Below, one piece after another: positions 1-9,402 of a DNA stretch of 57,301 nt. The position numbers were made by a program, and so were the translations under genes. The notes under the pieces were generated by a model that worked only from the letters and a program-made list of their open reading frames with translations, was not told the DNA's origin and did not search any database. Where the stretch lies: the NCBI GenBank assembly GCA_964493715.1, contig CAZBPC010000014.1, positions 1 through 57,301 of the forward strand, read 5' to 3'. Each line of letters opens with the position of its first letter. The first letter of the stretch is position 1. This DNA comes from an uncultured archaeon. GTDB lineage: Archaea; Asgardarchaeota; Lokiarchaeia; Sigyniarchaeales; SOKP01.

Positions 1-5
1 TGGAA

Positions 6-980
6 ATGTTCCAAATACTTTGGGACGATCAGAAAAAGTTGTTCTTAGAATTTGAAAAGGACGACGAAGAGAAGGATTTATATCTTCCAGAACGGATAAA
101 GTATGTTAATATACAGTTAGAGATCTCTAAAAATTTTGATCAAAATATTTTATCTAGACAACCTCCCCTTCTCATTTCAGTCAAACGTATTTATCATTCT
201 AATGAGTGTTTATCATTTGCCATAGAATTAGATGATTTTGCCAACATTGATGGCCTTCAAATCAAAATTCTTAGAGTAATAATCTTCTTATTTTCGGGAC
301 AAAAGATTGAATATAACTTTTCAGAAAAGTTCAAATTAGCAGATATTTGGATGAATGAAGATTGTTATGTAGGTTATCAACTTGAAGATCTTGGTTCAAA
401 TAGAACTCTTAAAAGCACAATTACTCAAGAAAAAGTAGTCTATCAAGTGCAAAAAGATTATACAAATAATAGAGAACAAAAGACAACCATTATAGAGAAA
501 AAGCAGATTGAGAATATAATAGACAGCGACTCAATATCTTCATTAATTCAAGAAAATAATAACACGCTTAAGGTAATTGCCAATGAATTGAAAAATCTGA
601 CCACTGTTTTGAAGAGTGTTTCATTTAATGCAGGAACAAATTATTTACCTTCTGGACCACCCATTAGATCAAGTTCTGGACCCCCAATTAAACGGATTCA
701 AAATTCTCAATCAATTCCTTCTTTAGCAGCAGGATCTTCAGCTAAAGTGATGGTAATTAGAGAAATGAAATCCATATTTCAAAAAAATATTGAAGAAAAT
801 TCAGATTTTAATGTAAAAATGCTCTTAAAACCAATGAGTGAAGAGGAACTAAACAAGATCATTCTTAATGAAGAGGATTTATTGAAGAAAGAAGAAATTG
901 CAATTCAAAATCAAATTGAGCGATTTAAGAGGGCTCAAGAAAAAAATCTTACATTGGAAGACTTAAGAAAACCTGAGTGA
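6..980 (+). CDS. hypothetical protein (central Pro/Ser-rich linker, charged helical C-terminus)
   Basis: 324-aa ORF with no recognisable family; short 24-nt tandem repeat (SGPPIRSS/SGPPIKRI) at 651-698; start may lie upstream of the window. Confidence 0.7.
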   Translation: MFQILWDDQKKLFLEFEKDDEEKDLYLPERIKYVNIQLEISKNFDQNILSRQPPLLISVKRIYHSNECLSFAIELDDFANIDGLQIKILRVIIFLFSGQKIEYNFSEKFKLADIWMNEDCYVGYQLEDLGSNRTLKSTITQEKVVYQVQKDYTNNREQKTTIIEKKQIENIIDSDSISSLIQENNNTLKVIANELKNLTTVLKSVSFNAGTNYLPSGPPIRSSSGPPIKRIQNSQSIPSLAAGSSAKVMVIREMKSIFQKNIEENSDFNVKMLLKPMSEEELNKIILNEEDLLKKEEIAIQNQIERFKRAQEKNLTLEDLRKPE

Positions 981-1149
981 ATCTAATCTATATAATGAAT
1001 AATTCCTAAATATAATTTAATTCAATTCCGTTCTTTATTTTTATTTTAAATTTAAAAATTTGAAAATTTTTAATAAACATCCATTATATCATAGAATTGG
1101 AATATTATAAATAAATCAATGTTTCATACACACAAAAAAGAGGGACCTC

Positions 1150-1926
1150 ATGTTATTAAATTATTTTATTGGCACTGCTGGAAGTGGTAAATCAACTATA
1201 ACGGGGGGGTTAAAAAAATATGTCATTAATCGTGATCCTGAAAGAACTGCCATAACTATAAATTTGGATCCAGGAGCCAAAAAAGTGCCATACGAACCAG
1301 ATATAGATATACGAGATTATATTGTTTTAGATGAAGTAATGGAAAAGTATGAACTAGGTCCAAATGGAGCAATGATTTTAGCATCAGATTTAATGGTTAA
1401 TTATTTGGATGATTTAAAAGATGAGATAGATGAATATAATGCAGATTGGGTATTCGTTGATACCGCTGGTCAACTTGAGTTATTTGCATTTCGGGAAACA
1501 GGACCATTAATTGCAAGTTCATTGGGTTTTGGTTCGATTCAAAAATCAGTTTCATTTTTGTTTGATTCAAATTTTGTCCTTCGACCCAATGGTTTTATAT
1601 CTACATTATTGTTAGCCGCTTCGGTTCAGTTTAGATTTCGTGATATATCACAAATCAATGTTCTTTCAAAAGTGGACTTGATTGATGAAGATCAAATAGA
1701 TATGATTGTTAACTGGAGTCAAGATTTTCAAGCTCTTGAGGATTCTACTAATGAAAGGGAAAGTGGATTAATAAGAGAACTATCCATGTTAATTTCTGAC
1801 GTGTTTACTCAATTAGGATCAACCTCAGAATTAATTCCAATATCAATAAAGGAAGAACATGGTATAGAATTATTATTTGCTTATCTTCAAAGAATTTTTG
1901 ATTCAGATGAGTCAAAATTTTATTAG
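1150..1926 (+). CDS. GPN-loop GTPase
   Basis: GTAGSGKS P-loop, INLDPG, LGPNG signature, DTAGQLELF, SKVD G4 motif. Confidence 0.93.
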   Translation: MLLNYFIGTAGSGKSTITGGLKKYVINRDPERTAITINLDPGAKKVPYEPDIDIRDYIVLDEVMEKYELGPNGAMILASDLMVNYLDDLKDEIDEYNADWVFVDTAGQLELFAFRETGPLIASSLGFGSIQKSVSFLFDSNFVLRPNGFISTLLLAASVQFRFRDISQINVLSKVDLIDEDQIDMIVNWSQDFQALEDSTNERESGLIRELSMLISDVFTQLGSTSELIPISIKEEHGIELLFAYLQRIFDSDESKFY

Positions 1927-1975
1927 ACCTGACCGAAAGTTATTTAAGATATTAATATTAACGGAATTATCAAAG

Positions 1976-3073
1976 ATGAAAATTATTGGTCCTTGTGCGG
2001 GAATTGGCTCTCGGATGCGTCCTTTTACGTTAAGTAAACCTAAAGCGTTTATCACAGTTGCAGGTAAAACAGTCTTAGGACATATTCTTGATAGATTTAA
2101 TGATGCTTTTGAAAAAAATGTTGAATTGATATTAATTGTGGGATATAAGAAAGAGCAAATGGTTGAATTTGTAAATAAAAACTATAGCGATAAATTTAAG
2201 CTTACATTTATCGAACAACTCCCCCGTGGATATACCCAAGATATTCCATACTTTTGGGGTATGGGAGAATCTATTTATTTGACAAAATCACGATTCACTA
2301 AAAGAACTTTCGAAGCAAAAGAAGAAGATAAGAGAGAAGGAGCTTTGATTTTTCTCGCAGATATGATCCCCATCGAAGAATATTCTAAGATACTCTATCG
2401 TTATTATGAATCTGATGTTGATGGAATAATTACAGTCTGGGAAGTTCCTAAAGAAGAGGCTAGCTCATATGGTGTGGTTGAGGTAGATAAAAACTCAAAT
2501 ATAATAAGATTGGTTGAGAAACCACAAATTTATGTATCAAACTTAGCAATTGGGGGATTTTATATATTTTCGAACTCTGTAATGAAAGCTTTATTCAGAC
2601 GGTTGAAGGTATATTTAGATCAAAGAAATGAAAATTCAAAAGAAGTTTACTTAACCCAAAGCTTACAAGACATCATAGATGAAGGTTTCGTGATATCTGC
2701 GATTAATTTAAAGAAAGGCGTTTTAGATTTTGGAAAACCTATGGAACTACTTAACGGTAACCGATTTTTACTAGATAGCCATAATGTTAAAAAAGAAGAT
2801 TTTAAAGAATTAAACATTTTATTCGAAAAATCATATTTGAAAAATCCCGTCCATATTGGAAAGAATACTAAAATTATCAATTCAGTAATTGGACCCCATG
2901 TATCTATAGGATGCGATTGTTATCTCGAAAACTGCATATTGGGGAATTGCGTTATTGAAAAGTATACTTCATTAATAAACATTATATCATTTAATTCCAT
3001 TATTGGGAGCAATGTATCAATAGATAGCATTAGTAAGGATAATTTAATTATAGGAGATAGAAGTATTTACTAA
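1976..3073 (+). CDS. sugar-phosphate nucleotidyltransferase (glucose-1-P thymidylyltransferase-like) with C-terminal hexapeptide region
   Basis: CAGIGSRMRPFT..PK N-terminal motif, YGVV, VEKP, C-terminal IG/VI hexapeptide repeats; start moved to ATG 1976 to avoid overlap with the GPN gene. Confidence 0.88.
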   Translation: MKIIGPCAGIGSRMRPFTLSKPKAFITVAGKTVLGHILDRFNDAFEKNVELILIVGYKKEQMVEFVNKNYSDKFKLTFIEQLPRGYTQDIPYFWGMGESIYLTKSRFTKRTFEAKEEDKREGALIFLADMIPIEEYSKILYRYYESDVDGIITVWEVPKEEASSYGVVEVDKNSNIIRLVEKPQIYVSNLAIGGFYIFSNSVMKALFRRLKVYLDQRNENSKEVYLTQSLQDIIDEGFVISAINLKKGVLDFGKPMELLNGNRFLLDSHNVKKEDFKELNILFEKSYLKNPVHIGKNTKIINSVIGPHVSIGCDCYLENCILGNCVIEKYTSLINIISFNSIIGSNVSIDSISKDNLIIGDRSIY

Positions 3074-3232
3074 TTATTAAAAACTTTCTGTATATCTCAA
3101 CAATTTAAAAGCAAAATTTTGCATATATTTTTATTTTGAGTAATTATATTTATAGTAAGATTCAAATACACTACAATAATTTCAAAAATTTAATCACCAT
3201 TACACTTAATTATATTCACTTTAAGATTAATT

Positions 3233-4594
3233 ATGCCAAATAATATTGCTTTTGATGTTGCACATAAACCTCGTGGAAGAATAGACGAGAATTTTACGGA
3301 ATTAAAAGATTTTCTTAATGCAAATGGTTTTGAATGCTACAATTTCTTAGAAGCTCCCATCACTCAAACGTCTCTCAAACCATATGACGTCTTAGTTTTT
3401 GTTTGCCCCGATTTTTCTAAAATATCCCCTTTAGAAATATCAGAAATCAATAACTGGGTGAGTAAAGATGGAGGTGGTTTATTGCTATTATCCCACGCGG
3501 GAGGTGATCGAGGGAGAAATAGTAATTTAAGTGAGTTAAGCCAAAATTTTGGTATGGCTTTTGAAAATGACCAAGTACTTGATGAAACTTATAATTTAGG
3601 TATGGAAAATATGCCAATTATTACTTCATTTATTCCTCCTCATCCGATTACTAATGGATTGTCCTCAATATGCTTTCGATCTGGTTGTTCACTAATAGTT
3701 CTAGGAAATGCGATTTCTATAGTTTCTTCAAATGAGACATCAGAACCTTTTTCATCACCTTTAATTTGTGTATCAGAACCAGATAATGGACGAGTGTGTG
3801 CTATTGGTAGTTACGAGATATTTCGAGATAAAATAGGATGTGGTTTTAATTCTGATGATCATGCTAGTCTAGCTTTTAATATATTTCGTTGGTTGGTATC
3901 AGAACATAGAATAGAATTAAGAGAGAATGGAGAAATCCCTGAAGTAACTCCCCAACAAGTCAACTCCTCTCAATTTAGTGAAATTTCCTCTCAAGAACAA
4001 TCTGCAGAGAATACAAAAGTAGATATTGATTTTTCACTGAAAATTTCTCGCAAAAGCGAGTTATTTCAATTATTAAAAATCTTTCAAAATCAAATTAATA
4101 CAATAAAAACTACAATCGACAAACTTATCAAAACTACTGGAGCATCTGAGGATGAAATTGCTGAACTTAAAGAGTATATACCTCCTCCGATCACTGAACA
4201 ACTCATAATAAAACCTCCTCCAACACATAGTCCTACTCTGCAACCTGTAAGTATATTCGATGAACCATCGGATCCTACCCTAACTCAGCTACCCCCTAAA
4301 CCTGTTGAACTACAATCTAGCCCCTCAGATATTTTTTCAGAGATCACTAAAACTCAGAAACCCAAGAAAACATTAACTGAACTTAAAAAAAAGCCTAAAA
4401 AAAGTGAACTACTTTCTCAAAAGAATATCTTGGAAAATAAATTAAATTCTTTCAAAAATTTGCTTGATTTTGTAGAAAAGAAACATAGTGCTGGTGAAAT
4501 TGATGATGATTCGTATAAAAAAAGAGTCAAACAGCTAAAATCTGACATAAAAATTACTCAAAATCAGATAGATGACGTTAACAAAATTTTATAA
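3233..4594 (+). CDS. GIFT-domain (GldG/IFT52-like) protein with Pro-rich linker and C-terminal helical hairpin
   Basis: IAFDVAH, YDVLVFVCP, EI..INNWVSKDGGGLLLL, N.SEL..NFGMAFEND.V, GRVCAIGSYEIF.D, NIFRWL follow the IFT52/GldG GIFT pattern. Confidence 0.72.
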   Translation: MPNNIAFDVAHKPRGRIDENFTELKDFLNANGFECYNFLEAPITQTSLKPYDVLVFVCPDFSKISPLEISEINNWVSKDGGGLLLLSHAGGDRGRNSNLSELSQNFGMAFENDQVLDETYNLGMENMPIITSFIPPHPITNGLSSICFRSGCSLIVLGNAISIVSSNETSEPFSSPLICVSEPDNGRVCAIGSYEIFRDKIGCGFNSDDHASLAFNIFRWLVSEHRIELRENGEIPEVTPQQVNSSQFSEISSQEQSAENTKVDIDFSLKISRKSELFQLLKIFQNQINTIKTTIDKLIKTTGASEDEIAELKEYIPPPITEQLIIKPPPTHSPTLQPVSIFDEPSDPTLTQLPPKPVELQSSPSDIFSEITKTQKPKKTLTELKKKPKKSELLSQKNILENKLNSFKNLLDFVEKKHSAGEIDDDSYKKRVKQLKSDIKITQNQIDDVNKIL

Positions 4595-4599
4595 TTAAA

Positions 4600-5940
4600 T
4601 TAAGATTGATTATTCTTCTCATTTTTTGGTTTAAAATCCTCGGGGACATAAGGTTGAGCATATTTGTTAACTATTTCAAAAAACTCCTTATCAGTTACTC
4701 CCCTTGTGATTTTTTTCAATTCTTTTTTAATAGTATTAAATGATGCCCTAAGTTCTTCTTTTGAAGTTTCTTCATGTTTCTTTTTTACTTCCAATACTAT
4801 TTTCTTTATTACTTTTTCTGGTATTTCTAAATCCAATACTTTTATTTTTTGTTGAAGAGCATTTAATATAGATTTAGAGCCTGAAAATTTACCCAGATAA
4901 AATGTTCTTTGTCTTCCTACCATGTGAGGGTTAATTGGCTCATATGTTAAAGGGTGTGCCAAGATTGCTGCAATATGAAGCCCACTTTCATGAGAGAATG
5001 CATTTTCACCAACAATGGGTTTGTATTGGGATAATGGTTTGCAAAAATATTTTTCGCAAACCTCGCTTAACTCTGGAAGACGAGTTAAATCAATTCCGGT
5101 CTTTATATCCATTCTTTCTAATATTGTAGCAACCTCTTCCAAAGCGGCATTTCCTGCTCTTTCTCCATAACCGTTAATACATGTATGTGGATAAGTGCAT
5201 CCTTCAAATACTCCCGTAATAGTGTTAGCAACCGCTAAACCAAAATCGTTGTGGGTGTGAATACCAATTGGAATTTCTTTCTTAAAAGGTTCTAAAATTT
5301 TACTTTTTATTTGTTTAATTAAATAGGATGTAGAAATTGGTGTTAAAACTCCTACGGTGTCTCCAAGAACTATCCTTTCCGCCCCAGAATCTATTGCAGT
5401 CTTGAAGACATTTGCCAAATGACTAAAATCACATCTAGTCCCATCTTCTGAAACCCAATTGACTCTAAATCCATTATCTTTTGCGTAATGAATAGCTTCT
5501 TCAATTAATTTTAATTGTTGGTCTGGTGATTGTTTTAAAGTCTTTCTAAATATTGGAGATATTGGCATAAAAATAACGATTTCTTTAAGATCCACGTCGA
5601 TACAGGCATCAATATCTTCCTTCTTTGGTCTCGCTATTCCTAAAATAGTAGCATTTTTATGGTTTTCATTAACTATCGCTTTAACGATTTTTTTTTCAGA
5701 TTTTGAAACTGCTGGAAACCCAACTGCTATTAATTTAACCCCTATTTCATCCATTAATTTTGCTAAATGAATTTTTTCGTCTAAGTTAAGATAAACAGTA
5801 GGGCTTTGTTCTCCATCGCGTAATGTTTCATCCCAGATACATACTTTCGAAGGAAGATCAAGGTTGCTTTCTTTAAAAGCAATTTTATTGTAATCAATTA
5901 GAAGTTTTTCTAGTTCTAGTGAGGAAAATTTGTAACTCAT
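4600..5940 (-). CDS. homocitrate/isopropylmalate/citramalate synthase family (DRE-TIM)
   Basis: DETLRDGEQ, HTHNDFGLAVAN, GYGERAGNAALEE, HESGLH motifs; exact substrate not determinable. Confidence 0.92.
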   Translation of the reverse strand: MSYKFSSLELEKLLIDYNKIAFKESNLDLPSKVCIWDETLRDGEQSPTVYLNLDEKIHLAKLMDEIGVKLIAVGFPAVSKSEKKIVKAIVNENHKNATILGIARPKKEDIDACIDVDLKEIVIFMPISPIFRKTLKQSPDQQLKLIEEAIHYAKDNGFRVNWVSEDGTRCDFSHLANVFKTAIDSGAERIVLGDTVGVLTPISTSYLIKQIKSKILEPFKKEIPIGIHTHNDFGLAVANTITGVFEGCTYPHTCINGYGERAGNAALEEVATILERMDIKTGIDLTRLPELSEVCEKYFCKPLSQYKPIVGENAFSHESGLHIAAILAHPLTYEPINPHMVGRQRTFYLGKFSGSKSILNALQQKIKVLDLEIPEKVIKKIVLEVKKKHEETSKEELRASFNTIKKELKKITRGVTDKEFFEIVNKYAQPYVPEDFKPKNEKNNQS

Positions 5941-6111
5941 GATTAATTCTTAATGGGGGCAAATTTATTATTAGTAAAAATCATGTAAAACAAATAAAAT
6001 TGTTTATTGATTTTTTGAAAAAGGGAATTAAATTTAGTAGTCTTTTCAAAACATTAAAAAAAAAAGCAACAATTAATTAATATCTCTAATGTAAAAATTT
6101 ATTAATCCTTT

Positions 6112-6606
6112 CTAATCGTTGTGGTCATGTTCACAACCACATCCACAGGCATGAGTATCTAGTGGATCTGGTTCGCAACCAGTTTCTAGTATTTTAATTT
6201 TAAAATTTAAATTTTTTCCTGCCATGGGGTGATTCATATCAAGTGTTACAAACTCATCGTCGACCTCCTTAATCCAAACCAAAGATTGTGTTCCGTTTGC
6301 ATCATGTGCACTCAACATCATCCCAGGTTCAGGATCAATGTCTTCTGGAAGTTGATCTCTTGAAATAGTTTGAATTAATTCTGGATCGACCTCGCCATAA
6401 GCTTCAGAAGCTTTTAAAGTAATAGTAAATTCATCTCCTACTTCTTTACCCACAACTGAGTCATCAAAACCTCGAATTAAAAAACCAGCTCCAACTTCAA
6501 ACTTCATTGGTTCTCCTCCTTGAAGTTCGGTACTATCAAATATTGAATTATCTTCTAATCGCCCTTCGTATTCCACTTTAATTATGTCCCCTTTCTTAAT
6601 AGCCAT
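6112..6606 (-). CDS. slyD: FKBP-type peptidyl-prolyl isomerase (SlyD-like)
   Basis: YEGRLED..IFDS, LIRGFD, AYG, DMNHPMAGKNLNF; Cys/His-rich tail HACGCGCEHDHND. Confidence 0.92.
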   Translation of the reverse strand: MAIKKGDIIKVEYEGRLEDNSIFDSTELQGGEPMKFEVGAGFLIRGFDDSVVGKEVGDEFTITLKASEAYGEVDPELIQTISRDQLPEDIDPEPGMMLSAHDANGTQSLVWIKEVDDEFVTLDMNHPMAGKNLNFKIKILETGCEPDPLDTHACGCGCEHDHND

Positions 6607-6844
6607 TATTTATACCAACTTTTTTATGCTAATAAAATAAAAGAAATAATATTTATTATTTAACGGTTTATTTTTTAAAAATTATCTTAGAAATAGTCAT
6701 TTCATAGAGTATTAGTGGACCTCACTCTTTCAATTTAAAAGATATGATCTAAAGTTATATGGTTTAGGATAAAAGATAACAATGATTTAAATATGCAGAT
6801 AATTTTTTTACTCTCAGAACTCTAAAATTTTTTAAGTGTAATTT

Positions 6845-7684
6845 TTGAATCTAAAAGAAAAATTATCCTCGTATAAAGCAGAAAATCTTGTTTTCAATAA
6901 AGATCTGATAGCTTTTTTTAAGAATTTTGATGTTATTGTAGAAGAAATTAAAAGAGACTATACCCGATTAGATGATATTCTTGAAATAGGGAAGGTAAAC
7001 TATTCAGAATTTGAATCTTTAAAAACGATTATAACTAATTTTAAGAAAAATTTTGAAAAGTTAGAAAAAATATTCAAGAGAAACGAAGATAAAATTGAGA
7101 TTTTTAAGGAAATTAGGGACAATTCAACAGGAATTATCGAAGAATTTAAGATAGTTAAAGATTTAGAAACATGTCGTTGGGGGGATTATGTATTTGATGT
7201 TAAGAAAGATACCTTATGCTCTGTAAATTCTCAAAAGTTAGAATTATTGTTAGATTGCTTTGCAAAAATATCATCTTATACTGAAAATAAGGTGGATTAT
7301 GAAGAATTGCCTAATACATGCAACTTATTTATAATCTTAGCTAATTTACTTGGTAAATTTGAGAGCGAATTTGTTTTAAATGTAGTTTATAGACATCCAA
7401 CCAAAAATATGAGAGATCTCATTGAAATTTCGAACGATATTGACCATAAATATAATTTCTATAAAAAATCTAAATATAAAGGTTATTTTAAATCAAGTAT
7501 TGAAAATTCTTTTATAACTATTGAGAGTTTGGAATCAAAATTTCGTGTTGCGACAAATAAGCAAGAAAATCAGGATAAAACAGTAAAATTAAAAGATATC
7601 GTCGGTCCAAAAAAAATAGCAAGCAGTTTATTCGACTTTAGAGATTCTTTGAAGTATGGTTTCGAATTTTCTGAAGTAAAGTAA
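6845..7684 (+). CDS. hypothetical protein
   Basis: 279-aa ORF with TTG start; no recognised motif. Confidence 0.6.
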   Translation: MNLKEKLSSYKAENLVFNKDLIAFFKNFDVIVEEIKRDYTRLDDILEIGKVNYSEFESLKTIITNFKKNFEKLEKIFKRNEDKIEIFKEIRDNSTGIIEEFKIVKDLETCRWGDYVFDVKKDTLCSVNSQKLELLLDCFAKISSYTENKVDYEELPNTCNLFIILANLLGKFESEFVLNVVYRHPTKNMRDLIEISNDIDHKYNFYKKSKYKGYFKSSIENSFITIESLESKFRVATNKQENQDKTVKLKDIVGPKKIASSLFDFRDSLKYGFEFSEVK

Positions 7685-7718
7685 AATATTTGGAATTTTT
7701 AAATACATAAAGAAGAGA

Positions 7719-8057
7719 TCACGCCATCTGTTCAAATAAAGCTTGTAATTCTTTTTTTACATCAGTTAATCCCAAATCCTTTAGCAATTCATTAGAACTA
7801 TCACTTAAAGAATAAAATGATCGTGGTTCAGCGCGCTTATATTCTGAGATCTTATTATTTTTTATAAAACCATTCTCTTTAAGGATTTTAATGTGGTAAT
7901 TTAAGTTATTCTCTGGTATTGAAGGCAATAATTCTTTTAATTGACTAAAGGAAAGATGTGGTTTTGCTAGGAGCGTAAGTAAAATTTTATATCGAGTTTT
8001 TTCAGAAATAAATTCTAATTTTTTTCTTTTATCTTCAAACTTTAATGGAAGTTTCAA
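7719..8057 (-). CDS. ArsR-like winged-helix transcription regulator
   Basis: TRYKILLTL..LSFSQLKE..NLNYHIKILKENGFI..YSL; GGAGG-like SD upstream of the TTG. Confidence 0.85.
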   Translation of the reverse strand: MKLPLKFEDKRKKLEFISEKTRYKILLTLLAKPHLSFSQLKELLPSIPENNLNYHIKILKENGFIKNNKISEYKRAEPRSFYSLSDSSNELLKDLGLTDVKKELQALFEQMA

Positions 8058-8230
8058 ATCTCTTCCCTCCTATTATTTATATTAGTTTTTTCGTTTTGTT
8101 CCAAAGTAAATATGGTAATTTGCGTATTTAAATCTAACCCAAATCTAATAGAGTCAATCATCATTGATATATAATAATTTATAACATTAATGAATTTCTA
8201 AATTGTTTAATATGTTTTAGGGGGATTTGA

Positions 8231-8719
8231 ATGGAGATTTCACATCATAGTGCATGGGATGAATTTTTAGATGAGTTTACCAGTGTTTTTTCTGTATTTG
8301 ACCTCTTGAAGAACAAAATATTCATTTGTGGGTCTTACAATGATGATACATTTGCAAACCTTAAGGAAGTGCAAAAAATAATCAATGAGAATGAAAATAA
8401 TTTGGGATTCTTTGAAAAAGAGTTCAGACGCACACATCTTGAAAATCTTGTATTGAAATTTGACTTGATTGCGAAATTCTCTGATGAGATAATTATGGTT
8501 GTGGAACACGATAAGGGTGGACACATGATTGAGATGGGCATAATCCTGTCTTTTAAGGAATACTATGAAAAAACAAAAGTATTTGTACAAAAAGATGTAG
8601 AAATCACTGACGTATTAAATAAAGGGGGTTTATTGACACCTTTCTTTAAAGAAGATATCACTTTATTTTATTTTGAAGATGTAGAACAATTAAAAAGATA
8701 CATTGATGAATTATATTAA
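8231..8719 (+). CDS. flavodoxin-fold protein of the nucleoside deoxyribosyltransferase/TIR-like group
   Basis: IFICGS....D.IAKFSDEIIMVVE...GGHMIEMG pattern typical of NDT-like domains. Confidence 0.5.
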   Translation: MEISHHSAWDEFLDEFTSVFSVFDLLKNKIFICGSYNDDTFANLKEVQKIINENENNLGFFEKEFRRTHLENLVLKFDLIAKFSDEIIMVVEHDKGGHMIEMGIILSFKEYYEKTKVFVQKDVEITDVLNKGGLLTPFFKEDITLFYFEDVEQLKRYIDELY

Positions 8720-8738
8720 GAAAGGCGTTAAAATTTTT

Positions 8739-9158
8739 TTATTTTATAATATCCGTAATGAAACAAGTTTCTATTATTTTGCAACCTTTAATCTGAGATA
8801 TCTTTTCTTCAATTAAAGGATTAAACTTCTCAATCGACTCAATCTCAACCTTAATGAATATCCCGCAATTGCCGCTTAATCTCCAAATATTCGTAACTTC
8901 ATCGATTGTCTTTAAGTCCTTAAGAATATTTTTGATTTCCTTGAAATCTGGCTCTATTTTCACGGTAGCTTGTGTTCTTGGCTTAGAGTTAACTGAATAA
9001 TCAATAGTAAATTTTTTTATAACATTATCCTCTATTAATTTATTGACTCTTCTTCGAACGGTTGCCTCCGTTTTCCCAACTCCGCCAGCGATAACATTAA
9101 AAGATTTACGACTATCTTGTTTCAATTCTTCTAATATTTGAATATCAATAGCATCCAA
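8739..9158 (-). CDS. Lrp/AsnC family transcription regulator
   Basis: MDAIDIQILEELKQDSRKSF..IA..VG.TEATVRRRVNKL plus C-terminal RAM domain. Confidence 0.93.
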   Translation of the reverse strand: MDAIDIQILEELKQDSRKSFNVIAGGVGKTEATVRRRVNKLIEDNVIKKFTIDYSVNSKPRTQATVKIEPDFKEIKNILKDLKTIDEVTNIWRLSGNCGIFIKVEIESIEKFNPLIEEKISQIKGCKIIETCFITDIIK

Positions 9159-9402
9159 AACTTTTCAACCTCATGTTAAAAAACATACTTAATATTATTA
9201 ATTGTGATAAATGAATTATTAATTTTATTCATTTCGTATTCAAAAATTATATATTTTTCTAGTTTTTTTCCGAAAAAAAACGTTTTTGTCGATTTACCAA
9301 ACATCTCCTGTACATAGAAATCAATTATACTAATGAATTAGAAAAATTACTAACGGTTATCCTATTAATTAAATTCATTAATATTCAAATTATTACTTTA
9401 AC

